Part shown: piece after piece, positions 11,150 to 22,099 of the stretch
Layout: each line of letters begins with the position of its first letter
Position numbering within the stretch: the stretch's first letter is position 1
Origin: Octopus bimaculoides
Lineage: Eukaryota
Length of the DNA stretch: 36,861 bases
Assembly (NCBI RefSeq): GCF_001194135.2
Contig: NC_068996.1
Span: forward strand, 14,223,894-14,260,754
Reading direction: 5' to 3'
Program-made: the position numbers and the translations under genes
The notes under the pieces: model-generated
What the model was told of the DNA's origin: nothing
Seen by the model: only the letters and a program-made list of their open reading frames with translations
Databases searched by the model: none

Positions 11150-12950
11150 TTTCATCTTTTATAGGATATGTAAATTTATTCACAACATTCAAGTTTGTAT
11201 TGTGAAGAAAAATCTCAGGTTCATATGAGTAAGAAGCTGGTTGAAACATAACAATTTTATCTAAACTTATTGTTAGCATAAAACCTTTATTAGATTCATT
11301 AAGTTTAAGCATTACGAGCTGCATGTCACTGATTGAATGGGTTACCAAGTTACAATCATCTACTTTCATTAATTTTCATTATAAAGGTAAATGCCTTTCT
11401 TTTTGCAATCAGTTTTTTCCACATTAAATAATTTACCGGTCTTTCCCTGCGATCTTTGAATGCATTTTCAGGCACAACCAAAAGGTATAGAGAAAAAGTT
11501 GGTCCAAGAATTTCACCTTGCTCCACTCAGTTTTCTGAATATTCTGAACGTTAACAAATGCGTCCGTGTCATTATGAAAATACCTTATCATGTTCGTGAA
11601 ATGCATCGGGCAGTCAAGCTTATGCAAAATTTCCCATAGTGCATGCCTACTCACTGTATCCAACGCCTATATCAAATCAACGAAGACATAGACAACATTT
11701 AGATTTTGTTCTGGATATTAATGTCTTTAACAGTAATCTCTTTAGCATCACGGCAATCAGTAATTGGCTGAATATCTTTTAAAATATATCCCTCCACTAA
11801 TTTTCTTCCATACCTCTTATTGCTTTCTGTGCCCCTGTTTGACTCGTCTTTAGCACATTTAGCACATCTTGTATATTTTTGCGTCTATTACGGAATAAAT
11901 CATTCTCTAATCGCAGACTTATGCTCAAGTAGCTGGTTAACCTTTGTGTCATTTTCGTCTAACCAATCTATTATCAGCTTTTTGAAAACCAAGGAATTCA
12001 ATAGCGATATCATATAAATTAGTTTGTAATTCAACTCGCGAAGGTTGATCCTCTACCGATGAACGATATTCCTAAAATCTTCCTTTACAGCAGGATCTCT
12101 AAGCTTTTCTACATTAATATATTTCGATAGGGCTTTATTTTGAAACCGCCTGTTCCTAAGATGTATTGTCATCTTAAATCTTGCTCTAAGTGCATGATCG
12201 GACAAACAATCTGCTCCTTTTAAGAAACACACATTAAATACTTCTTTTATATTTCACTGCTTAACAATTACAAAATCACTTAGATGCTTCTGTTTGGATC
12301 GAAGATGCATCCATGTTGCAATGTGGCATTCGTTATGTTTTAACTGGGTACTTAATATAAATAAGTCCATCACTGTGCAAATATAAATGAGTAACAAACC
12401 ATTATCGTTCATTTTCTCAACTCCAACCTTTCTAAGACACTTCCAGATGTTCCATTCAATGCCAACTCTGACGCTACAGTCACCGAGCAAAATAATTTAT
12501 CAGAATTAGCTATGGTACGCAAACACCCATTTAAAGTCTCATAAAATTCCAGTGTCGCTTCTTCACTCTTATCAAGTGTTAGTACAAATGTACTCATAAT
12601 TATCGCATATTAATATTCTGCTGTGAGTCACACAGCTTTGACACTATCTCATTTTTAATGACAAATCTTACATCCACTTCCATGTGTTATTATTCTATAT
12701 GTTGTTACCCTGCGCCTAATTCTGTGACCTATCACCAATCAACGGGTCTCTGTGAATGTAGGAATAGCTACTAAATATTTTCATTGTTCGCTAGCTAAAA
12801 TGGTTATTTTACGCAGAGATCAAGTTCCTGCATTGTTAGCTAACATTTCGAATATTCAGTCCTGCTGGTTAGCTAATATTTACTAATTCTAGTTTCGAGC
12901 GCCGTATAGACATCCGCCAGCCGCGCTGAAGTGACCGAGTTTTTATGAGG
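11150..12950 (-). mobile_element. RTE-clade LINE, heavily decayed: endonuclease, linker and partial RT, 3' end missing; 5' UTR may extend to ~13300
   Basis: Endonuclease motifs TFTETR, TLDKSEEATLEFYETLN, GDCSVRVG, MNDNGLLL and ATWMHLRSKQKHLSDFVIV. RT motifs DTVSRHALWEIL, DDCNLVTHS and NVVNKFTY. The 5' UTR extension is an inference. Confidence 0.9.
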
Positions 12951-13828
12951 AAAACAATTTTGGTGTTACCTTTTCTGAACCCTCCTAAACTAATTGGTGA
13001 GTAGTGTAGTCCTAAAAGGACTGCTCGGACACCCAATAGAGAAGCCAAATCTCACCATTACATCGCATACATGAGGAAGAGACTTTACACCTATCAAAAG
13101 GCCGCTTGCATATAGGTTGATGGCTACATACCGCCAAACCGTCAAGTCCTGTACCCGACACCTTCTTCCCATCGGCACAGGTTTTGTGACACAAAAAGTC
13201 AAAAAGGACAAAAAACAATGGTGTTAGAAAGGCCCGTACAGAATTTAAGCTTCATGCAACTTGCACTGCTTTGCAAAGACTCTTTCTAGTTGTGTGAAGT
13301 GCCAGCAAAACAAGCCAAATCTAGATGCTTGACTCAACAACTTTAGTAGGTGTTACATAAGGGTGTCCTTTTCTTAGTATTTCCCAACAGAGGATAATCT
13401 ACAAGACAGTAGGAGTTTAAAAATATAAAAATGTCACAGAAGGAATATAAAAGAATATTAATATATAAATATATGAAATTTTCAAGCATAAAAAACATAA
13501 ACAACATATACTCATGTACACAATGTTGGATGACATGTTTTAATTTTCGTCCTGCAGAGTGTTCAACATTCACCCTCCTACCCAAACAAATTCGGTCGGG
13601 TTGCCACTTTAGTCGCCGATTATCCGAACCTGAAACAGGATGTACTGGGTTACTTGTTACCAGTAGCGCTTAAGAGGGAGCGGACTAAAATAATACACAC
13701 ACACACACGTACNNNNNNNNNNNNNNNNNNNNNNNNNNNNNNNNNNNNNNNNNNNNNNNNNNNNNNNNNNNNNNNNNNNNNNNNNNNNNNNNNNNNNNNN
13801 NNNNNNNNNNNNNNNNNNNNNNNNNNNN

Positions 13829-13867
<39 letters not shown>

Positions 13868-13870
13868 TAT

Positions 13871-14079
13871 ACCAGAGTAAGCACATGAAATGTGCAACAA
13901 GGTGGAAAAAAGAGTACTCAAATACCAGAGGTAGAGTAATATGCTTTATTTAAAAACAGCAGAAATATAACAAAAGACTGTTACTCTGAGTTTCACGTTC
14001 CCGTTCATCGGGAACGGGAACGTGAAACTCAGAGTAACAGTCTTTTGTTATATTTCTGCTGCTTTTAAATAAAGTATAT
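13871..14079. mobile_element. Probable Penelope-like element terminal fragment with an inverted repeat (68-bp arms, 13939-14006 and 14012-14079)
   Basis: Arms differ at 2 positions with a 5-nt loop. It contains a hammerhead motif and is flanked by (TA)n. Inverted pseudo-LTRs are a known Penelope feature. Confidence 0.7.
13978..14011 (-). ncRNA. Minimal hammerhead motif, U4C variant, with stem I broken at the inversion breakpoint
   Basis: CCGATGA-ACG(GGAA)CGT-GAAA-CTC(A)GAG-T-A-ACAG. Stem III is palindromic. The expected CTGT partner of ACAG is replaced by GTTC. Confidence 0.6.
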
Positions 14080-14314
14080 ATATATATACATACATACAAA
14101 AGAGAGTGTATGTGTACAGCTTGTGGGCGTGTGTGTGAGAGAGAGTGAGAAGAGAGAGAGACATGTCCTTACACCAAGAAGACCAAGTCCACAAGAGAAG
14201 CCCAGCTAGGTTTCACAGACAGATCAATCAAAGCCAGGTCGCTGACAGAAGCCAACCCAAACTAGGTCCCATACATAAGACAAACCAACGCAAGATAGAC
14301 CGATAAGTACGTTG

Positions 14315-14590
14315 GACATATCATGAATGTTAGCAGCAAACATACAAATATTTTTATTTGGTTTAATTATATCTTCAAGGTGGCTTGGCAGAAAGTTTAA
14401 AACGTTTTATTATCAAAATCTAATTCTGCCAAATTCCTCCTCATCTTGCATCTTAAGAAAAATATATTCTAAAGAAAGAAATACTATCTTTTGGATAGCT
14501 GACCAAGTTTTTGGCCCATTGCAAAACTGTAATCTTTAATCTCGGGAAAATGGGTAAGATACTTTTCCCAGTTTGGCAAACTGTAAAATT
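14315..14590 (+). repeat. Unclassified ~270-bp element, copy 3 (subtype A)
   Basis: Aligns to the other copies and carries the 70-aa ORF 14327-14539. Confidence 0.85.
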
Positions 14591-15473
14591 ATAGACAGAC
14601 AAACAGACAGACATATATGTATATGTGGATGCATGTGTACAAATATGTATTTATATGTGTACAAATATAGATATACTCATGTATGCATATACAAACATAC
14701 AAATGATATCCATATATATATNNNNNNNNNNNNNNNNNNNNNNNNNNNNNNNNNNNNNNNNNNNNNNNNNNNNNNNNNNNNNNNNNNNNNNNNNNNNNNN
14801 NNNNNNNNNNNNNNNNNNNNNNNNNNNNNNNNNNNNNNNNNNNNNNNNNNNNNNNNNNNNNNNNNNNNNNNNNNNNNNNNNNNNNNNNNNNNNNNNNNNN
14901 NNNNNNNNNNNNNNNNNNNNNNNNNNNNNNNNNNNNNNNNNNNNNNNNNNNNNNNNNNNNNNNNNNNNNNNNNNNNNNNNNNNNNNNNNNNNNNNNNNNN
15001 NNNNNNNNNNNNNNNNNNNNNNNNNNNNNNNNNNNNNNNNNNNNNNNNNNNNNNNNNNNNNNNNNNNNNNNNNNNNNNNNNNNNNNNNNNNNNNNNNNNN
15101 NNNNNNNNNNNNNNNNNNNNNNNNNNNNNNNNNNNNNNNNNNNNNNNNNNNNNNNNNNNNNNNNNNNNNNNNNNNNNNNNNNNNNNNNNNNNNNNNNNNN
15201 NNNNNNNNNNNNNNNNNNNNNNNNNNNNNNNNNNNNNNNNNNNNNNNNNNNNNNNNNNNNNNNNNNNNNNNNNNNNNNNNNNNNNNNNNNNNNNNNNNNN
15301 NNNNNNNNNNNNNNNNNNNNNNNNNNNNNNNNNNNNNNNNNNNNNNNNNNNNNNNNNNNNNNNNNNNNNNNNNNNNNNNNNNNNNNNNNNNNNNNNNNNN
15401 GTGTGTGTGTGTGTGTGTGTGTGTGTGAATTAGAAGCAGCGCTAGTGTTGTAAACATTATCGAACACATGTCG

Positions 15474-15715
15474 GACATATCTTGAATGTTACTTGCAACT
15501 ATCCAAATAATTTTATTAAGTTTTCTGATATCTTTCAAGGTACTTTGGCAGAAACATTAAGTCGTATTATTTATAAAATATAATCTCGCCAAAATCCTCA
15601 TCGCTTTCCTTCTTAAGAATAAAATAACTTAAAGAAAGAAATGCTAGCGTTGACCCATTGCAAAACTTGGAGATAACTTAAAGATATCTTCTCGTAATTT
15701 GTAAATTACATATTA
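15474..15715 (+). repeat. Unclassified ~270-bp element, copy 4 (subtype B, short internal deletion)
   Basis: Aligns to the other copies and shares diagnostic bases with copy 2. Confidence 0.85.
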
Positions 15716-15961
15716 TATATGTATTACTAACAAGGACGCTGTATTTCAATTTGCGGTCAGTATACAACCAAGCGTATGAAAATATCGTACTCTCAACACA
15801 AAATGTAAGACACAGAATTGTCTTGTGAGACTTTAATATACTTGATAATATATTATGGTTGCCAAAGAAAATACAATGTCCTTCCTAACAATTACTATTT
15901 ACGTATCAGCCGTCAGGAATGTGTTCAGCAAGTAAATTGGTCTAACCAATAGTGTTGCGTT

Positions 15962-16222
15962 GAGGCGCAATGGCCCAGTTGTTAGGGCAGCGGACTCGCG
16001 GTCGGAGGATCGCGGTTTCGATTACCAGAGCGGGCGTTGTGTGTGTTTATTGAGCGAAAACACCTAAAAGCTCCATGAAGGCTCGGGCAGAGGATGGTGG
16101 CGACCCCTGTTGTACTCTTTCGCCCCAATTCTCTCTCAATCTTTCTTCCTGTTTCTTGAGTAAAAGCTGCGATGGACTGGCGTCGCGTCCAGCTTGGGGA
16201 GAACACAAGGGGCAGAAAGGAT
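15962..16222 (+). mobile_element. tRNA-derived SINE (tRNA-Arg-like head) with a V-domain-like segment, cut by a gap
   Basis: A-box-like tggcccagttgttagg, B-box-like ggtttcgattacc, and gctgcgatggactggcgtcgcgtccagc, which resembles the V-SINE domain as I recall it. Confidence 0.7.
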
Positions 16223-17118
16223 NNNNNNNNNNNNNNNNNNNNNNNNNNNNNNNNNNNNNNNNNNNNNNNNNNNNNNNNNNNNNNNNNNNNNNNNNNNNNN
16301 NNNNNNNNNNNNNNNNNNNNNNNNNNNNNNNNNNNNNNNNNNNNNNNNNNNNNNNNNNNNNNNNNNNNNNNNNNNNNNNNNNNNNNNNNNNNNNNNNNNN
16401 NNNNNNNNNNNNNNNNNNNNNNNNNNNNNNNNNNNNNNNNNNNNNNNNNNNNNNNNNNNNNNNNNNNNNNNNNNNNNNNNNNNNNNNNNNNNNNNNNNNN
16501 NNNNNNNNNNNNNNNNNNNNNNNNNNNNNNNNNNNNNNNNNNNNNNNNNNNNNNNNNNNNNNNNNNNNNNNNNNNNNNNNNNNNNNNNNNNNNNNNNNNN
16601 NNNNNNNNNNNNNNNNNNNNNNNNNNNNNNNNNNNNNNNNNNNNNNNNNNNNNNNNNNNNNNNNNNNNNNNNNNNNNNNNNNNNNNNNNNNNNNNNNNNN
16701 NNNNNNNNNNNNNNNNNNNNNNNNNNNNNNNNNNNNNNNNNNNNNNNNNNNNNNNNNNNNNNNNNNNNNNNNNNNNNNNNNNNNNNNNNNNNNNNNNNNN
16801 NNNNNNNNNNNNNNNNNNNNNNNNNNNNNNNNNNNNNNNNNNNNNNNNNNNNNNNNNNNNNNNNNNNNNNNNNNNNNNNNNNNNNNNNNNNNNNNNNNNN
16901 NNNNNNNNNNNNNNNNNNNNNNNNNNNNNNNNNNNNNNNNNNNNNNNNNNNNNNNNNNNNNNNNNNNNNNNNNNNNNNNNNNNNNNNNNNNNNNNNNNNN
17001 NNNNNNNNNNNNNNNNNNNNNNNNNNNNNNNNNNNNNNNNNNNNNNNNNNNNNNNNNNNNNNNNNNNNNNNNNNNNNNNTATATCTGTAAAAATATGTGA
17101 CACTTATTCAGTAGCCAT

Positions 17119-17179
17119 GATAAAACTCCGAGTTTCAGATGCCAGGGTGGGAGCCCACGCCAACATCTCTTCAGTTACC
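17119..17179 (-). ncRNA. Minimal type I hammerhead ribozyme with intact core (left arm of the palindrome)
   Basis: GGTAA-CTGAAGA-GATGTTGG..CTGGCATC-T-GAAA-CTC(G)GAG-T-T-TTATC. Predicted cleavage is after GUU at 17124. Confidence 0.75.
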
Positions 17180-17240
17180 CGGCCAATTGAAAATTCCTGT
17201 GAAAAATGACCGTTAATTCACAGGAATTTTCAATTGGCCG

Positions 17241-17301
17241 GATAACTGAAGAGATGTTGGCGTGGGGTCTCACCCTGGCATCCGAAACTCGGAGTTTTAT
17301 C
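17241..17301 (+). ncRNA. Minimal type I hammerhead ribozyme with intact core (right arm of the palindrome)
   Basis: GATAA-CTGAAGA-GATGTTGG..CTGGCATC-C-GAAA-CTC(G)GAG-T-T-TTATC. Stem I is 5 bp, outer stem II is 8 bp and stem III is palindromic. Predicted cleavage is after 17296. Confidence 0.8.
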
Positions 17302-18742
17302 ATGGCTACTGAATAAGTGTCACATATTTTTACAGAAAAATTCCTCTATTTGCATAATATCGAGGTCTCTTTCTTTCTTTTGTTGTCTTTCCTGTCAAAT
17401 ATATATATATGTGCATCTTTTTCTTTCCCGCAACCAAATCAACTCACAGTGCTTTGGTACCACGGAGGTGGATTGAACCTGGTTCGGAATTGCGAAGCCA
17501 GATATCCACTCTTGCGTATGTATTACGTATGTATGTATGTATGTATGTATGTATGTATGTATGTATGTGTGTATGTATGTTTGTATTTATGTAAGTATGT
17601 ATAGATATATGTACATACATATATATACACATACATATAATGCATGCATACATATAAAATACATTCACACGTATATGTATTTAAATATATAAGCATATAA
17701 ATGCATGCAAACATACAAAAATAGATATACACATATATGTATTTAAATATATATATACACATATGTGCATAAAAAATTCAGGCATACACATAAAATACGA
17801 TGCATATATATTTAAATACACACACAGACACACACACACACACTCACNNNNNNNNNNNNNNNNNNNNNNNNNNNNNNNNNNNNNNNNNNNNNNNNNNNNN
17901 NNNNNNNNNNNNNNNNNNNNNNNNNNNNNNNNNNNNNNNNNNNNNNNNNNNNNNNNNNNNNNNNNNNNNNNNNNNNNNNNNNNNNNNNNNNNNNNNNNNN
18001 NNNNNNNNNNNNNNNNNNNNNNNNNNNNNNNNNNNNNNNNNNNNNNNNNNNNNNNNNNNNNNNNNNNNNNNNNNNNNNNNNNNNNNNNNNNNNNNNNNNN
18101 NNNNNNNNNNNNNNNNNNNNNNNNNNNNNNNNNNNNNNNNNNNNNNNNNNNNNNNNNNNNNNNNNNNNNNNNNNNNNNNNNNNNNNNNNNNNNNNNNNNN
18201 NNNNNNNNNNNNNNNNNNNNNNNNNNNNNNNNNNNNNNNNNNNNNNNNNNNNNNNNNNNNNNNNNNNNNNNNNNNNNNNNNNNNNNNNNNNNNNNNNNNN
18301 NNNNNNNNNNNNNNNNNNNNNNNNNNNNNNNNNNNNNNNNNNNNNNNNNNNNNNNNNNNNNNNNNNNNNNNNNNNNNNNNNNNNNNNNNNNNNNNNNNNN
18401 NNNNNNNNNNNNNNNNNNNNNNNNNNNNNNNNNNNNNNNNNNNNNNNNNNNNNNNNNNNNNNNNNNNNNNNNNNNNNNNNNNNNNNNNNNNNNNNNNNNN
18501 NNNNNNNNNNNNNNNNNNNNNNNNNNNNNNNNNNNNNNNNNNNNNNNNNNNNNNNNNNNNNNNNNNNNNNNNNNNNNNNNNNNNNNNNNNNNNNNNNNNN
18601 NNNNNNNNNNNNNNNNNNNNNNNNNNNNNNNNNNNNNNNNNNNNNNNNNNNNNNNNNNNNNNNNNNNNNNNNNNNNNNNNNNNNNNNNNNNNNNNNNNNN
18701 NNNNNNNNNNNNNNNNNNNNNNNNNNNNNNNNNNNNNNNNNN

Positions 18743-18778
<36 letters not shown>

Positions 18779-18933
18779 TGAGTGCGTGTGTGTGTTATGT
18801 GTGTATATGTATATCAATAAATATATATGGGAGAATATACAAAAAATAACAACAGACGAGGACAGGTGGTGTAAATAACAAAAGTATGTGTGTGTATATA
18901 TATGTATACATATACTATATACATACATGCACA

Positions 18934-18971
<38 letters not shown>

Positions 18972-18982
18972 TACATTGACAA

Positions 18983-19034
<52 letters not shown>

Positions 19035-19254
19035 GTGTGTGTGTGCATGTATATATGCATATAGACATACATTGATCTGGAAATATATATGCCTATCTTT
19101 TGCTTGATAACATATTCATTTATTCATTTTATCTAAAGTGAATATAATTTATAGACTTTACATATACGCTCATGTATTTTATTTTAAAATCTATTTATTT
19201 CTTTGTACTACATTGATATTAGAAAGTTGTGTGTATGTGTTATCGTGTATGATT

Positions 19255-19478
19255 TACCTGTTTCAGACGTTTGATTGCGACCATGCTGGAGTACTGTCTT
19301 GAAGAGTTTGATCGAACACATCGACCACATCACTTATTTATTTAAAGACTGGTGATCATTTTATTGGTCTCTTTTGCTGATCTCCTGATTTGCGGGGATG
19401 TAAACAAACCAACACCAGATGTCAAGCGGTAGTGGTGGACAAACTATCATACTGATAGCTAGATAGCCAGATAGAGAG

Positions 19479-19521
<43 letters not shown>

Positions 19522-19673
19522 TACGACGAGTTTCTTTCGGTTTCCTGTTTGCCAAATCCACTCAAACGGCTTTGGTCAGCCCGGGCATATAGTAGAAGCC
19601 ACTTGTCTAAGTTGCCAAGTTGTGGAACTGAAACCGGGACCATGTGGTTGGGAAGCAAACTTCTTCCCACACA
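19255..19673 (-). mobile_element. CORE-like SINE, full length with an internal (AG)n tract
   Basis: Head at ~19673-19620, CORE block, microsatellite, and a 3' part matching 30702-30900. Confidence 0.8.
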
Positions 19674-19845
19674 CAATCACACCAGCAACTACACATAAAT
19701 TTTATATAATAGATAAATGAACAATGCTACCGGGATGCGCTAAATGTATAACACTCTTGTTTAACAGAAAAAATTCTCAGATTTTGTTTTAAACGTGAAG
19801 TGCGTGAGAGAGGTTCAGCCACACGGCAATTATTATTCTATATTA

Positions 19846-21545
19846 AGGTGGTGAACTGGCTTTGCCTTTCATCCTTTCGGGGTCGATTAACTAAGTACCA
19901 GTTACGCACTGGGGTCAATATAATCAACTTAATCCGTTTGTCTGTCCTTGTTTGTCCCCTCTGCGTGTAGCCTCATGTGGGCAGTAAAGAAATAAGAAAT
20001 AAGAAACGTTAGCAGGTTGGGCGAAATGCTTAGCGGTATTTCGTCTGACTTTACGCTCTGAGTTCAAATTCTGCCGAGGTCGGCTTTACCTTTCATCCTT
20101 TCGGGGTTGATAAATTAAGTACTAGTTGCGAACTGGGGTCGATCTAATCGACTGTCCCCCCCCCCAAAAAAAAAATTTCGGGCCTTCTGTCTAGAGGAGA
20201 AAAGAATTATTATTCTATATTAGATGCAGCGTGCTTAGTAGAATCGTAAGCACGTTGTAAAAAAATGCTTTGCAACATTTCGTCGGTCTTTATGTCCCCT
20301 CGAGTTTGGCTCTGCCTTTCATTCTTTCTGGGTTGATAAAATAAGTACTGCTTGAGCCCTGTGATGAAAATAATCGACTACCCCCACCACACACCTCAAA
20401 ATTTCTAGCCTTATGCCCATAGAAAAAAGAAATTATTAACAACGAGAGCTGACAGTATCGTTAGAGCGTCGGAGAAAATGCTGAGCAAGATTTCTTCAAA
20501 CTCCTAACGTTCTTATTTCTTTATTGTCCACACGGTGCTAAATATAGAGGGAACAAACAAGGAGATTAAGTCGATTACATCGACCCCAGTGCGTAACTGG
20601 TACTTAATTTATCGACACCGAAAGGATGAAAGGCAAAGTCGACCTCGGCGGAATTTGAACTCAGAACGTAACGGCAGACGAAATACCGCTATGTATTTCT
20701 CCCAGCATGCTAACGATTCTGCCAGCTCAGAACGTTCTGAGTTCAAATTCCACCAAGGTCAATTTTGTCTTTTTTCTTTTCGGGGTCGATAAAATAAAGG
20801 AGCAACATAGCACTTGGGTTGATGTTATCGACTTGGTTCCTTCCCTCCAAATTGCTTGTTTTGAACGTTGTAACGGACCAGCATCCATCCGTTCAGGGAA
20901 AATGTTGTGATCTCGGTCACCTATAAGCCTAGGGTTCGTGAAGGCGTTTGAACAAAACACTTAGCGTCATTTCTTCCGGCTATTTACGTTCTCAGTTCAA
21001 ATTCTGTCGAAGTCGGCTTTACCTTTCATCCTTCCGAGGTCGATAAAATGATATATTCGATTAGACCCTACCCAAAAAATCTGAGACCCCTTGTTTGTAG
21101 TAAAAAGAATAATAATTATTGTTGTTGTTGTTAAGGCGGTGAGCTTGTAGAAATCGTTAATCAGCCGGGGGAAATGCTTAGCGGCATTCCGTCCATCTTT
21201 ACGTTCTGAGTTCAAATTCCGCAGAGTTTGATGTTACCTTTCATCATTTCGAGCTCTATGATATTAGTACCAGTTACACACTGGGTTCGATGTAATTTAC
21301 TTACCCCCACCCCTAAAGTTACTGGCCTTGCGCCAAATCTAGAGCCATTTAAAAGTGGCCTTTCTTTTGGTTCTTTTCGTTCTCAGTTCATATTCTACCA
21401 AGATCAACTCTGCCTTTCATCATTGCTAGATATATCAAATAAATACCAGTCAAGTATTGTGGTCGATGTAATCGACTAACCTTCCCCACCACCACCACCA
21501 CCATAATATTGCTGGCTTTGTGCTAAAATGTGAAGCAATCGTTAT
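19846..21545 (+). mobile_element. Head-to-tail cluster of about 7 plus-strand tRNA-derived SINEs, plus one nested minus-strand copy
   Basis: Repeated head (gagctggcagaatcgttagc..aaatgcttagcgg), B-box gagttcaaattcc and body gcctttcatcctttcggggtcgataaa. The body resembles the MetaSINE domain from memory, unverified. Confidence 0.9.
20514..20730 (-). mobile_element. Younger SINE inserted into an older SINE, with 8-bp target site duplication AACGTTCT
   Basis: The TSD is at 20506-20513 and 20731-20738. Removing the insert rejoins a SINE head (~20445-20513) to its body (from 20739). Confidence 0.85.
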
Positions 21546-21972
21546 TATCGACGAGAAAATATCCATCCGTGCAAGCTTCGCTACTATTCATGCAAGCTTT
21601 TAAGATATTCAATAGCATAAATTGACTGAACAATGAAGAAATATTGAAAAGATGCGCAAAATAACCAGAATTTGTATTATAGGGTGAAGATACACACAGT
21701 AAATGTAAGACGAAAATAGAGTTTTTGAAAGTCTATCGTCAAAAGTTTGAGCAGAAAAGCCTGAAGGAAATAAGATGTTTGTAAGGAAGATAAAATGTTA
21801 CTTTCTCTATAGATATATATGTTGGTTTCTGTGATGTATGTGTTTAGATCTATATAAATAGCTACAAACACATATACTCTCATACATGTTCGTATAATGC
21901 CGTACATATGTATATGTATACACACGTTTATATTTATAAGTATACTTGTGTGATATGCGCGTGTTGTGCATA

Positions 21973-22045
<73 letters not shown>

Positions 22046-22047
22046 AG

Positions 22048-22099
<52 letters not shown>

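Larger units (their letters stand above)
17084..17336. repeat. 253-bp near-perfect palindrome: 120-bp arms, 13-nt spacer, 4 mismatches
   Basis: Arms 17084-17203 and 17217-17336 compared base by base. Mismatched pairs are 17137/17283, 17150/17270, 17153/17267 and 17178/17242. Confidence 0.97.

Noticed and set aside
12950-13340. Open frames with donor-like sites and a faint integrase-like word (CKRPFDR)
   Set aside because: The segment lies directly upstream of the RTE ORF start on the same strand and is more simply read as the RTE 5' UTR. No catalytic integrase motif is visible. I also looked for an HDV-like ribozyme here and could not close P1 or P3.
15962-16035. tRNA-like sequence
   Set aside because: It continues into a SINE body and lacks a proper acceptor stem, so it is a SINE head rather than a tRNA gene.
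19846-21545. Regularly repeated units that superficially resemble a CRISPR array or tRNA cluster
   Set aside because: The units are ~200-bp decayed SINEs in a eukaryotic context, with no constant repeat-spacer pattern and no complete cloverleaf.
21684-21781. Plus-strand exon-like frame GEDTHSKCKTKIEFLKVYRQKFEQKSLKEIRC with AG/GT ends
   Set aside because: It is short, has no recognised homology and no partner exon, and such frames are expected by chance in AT-rich DNA.
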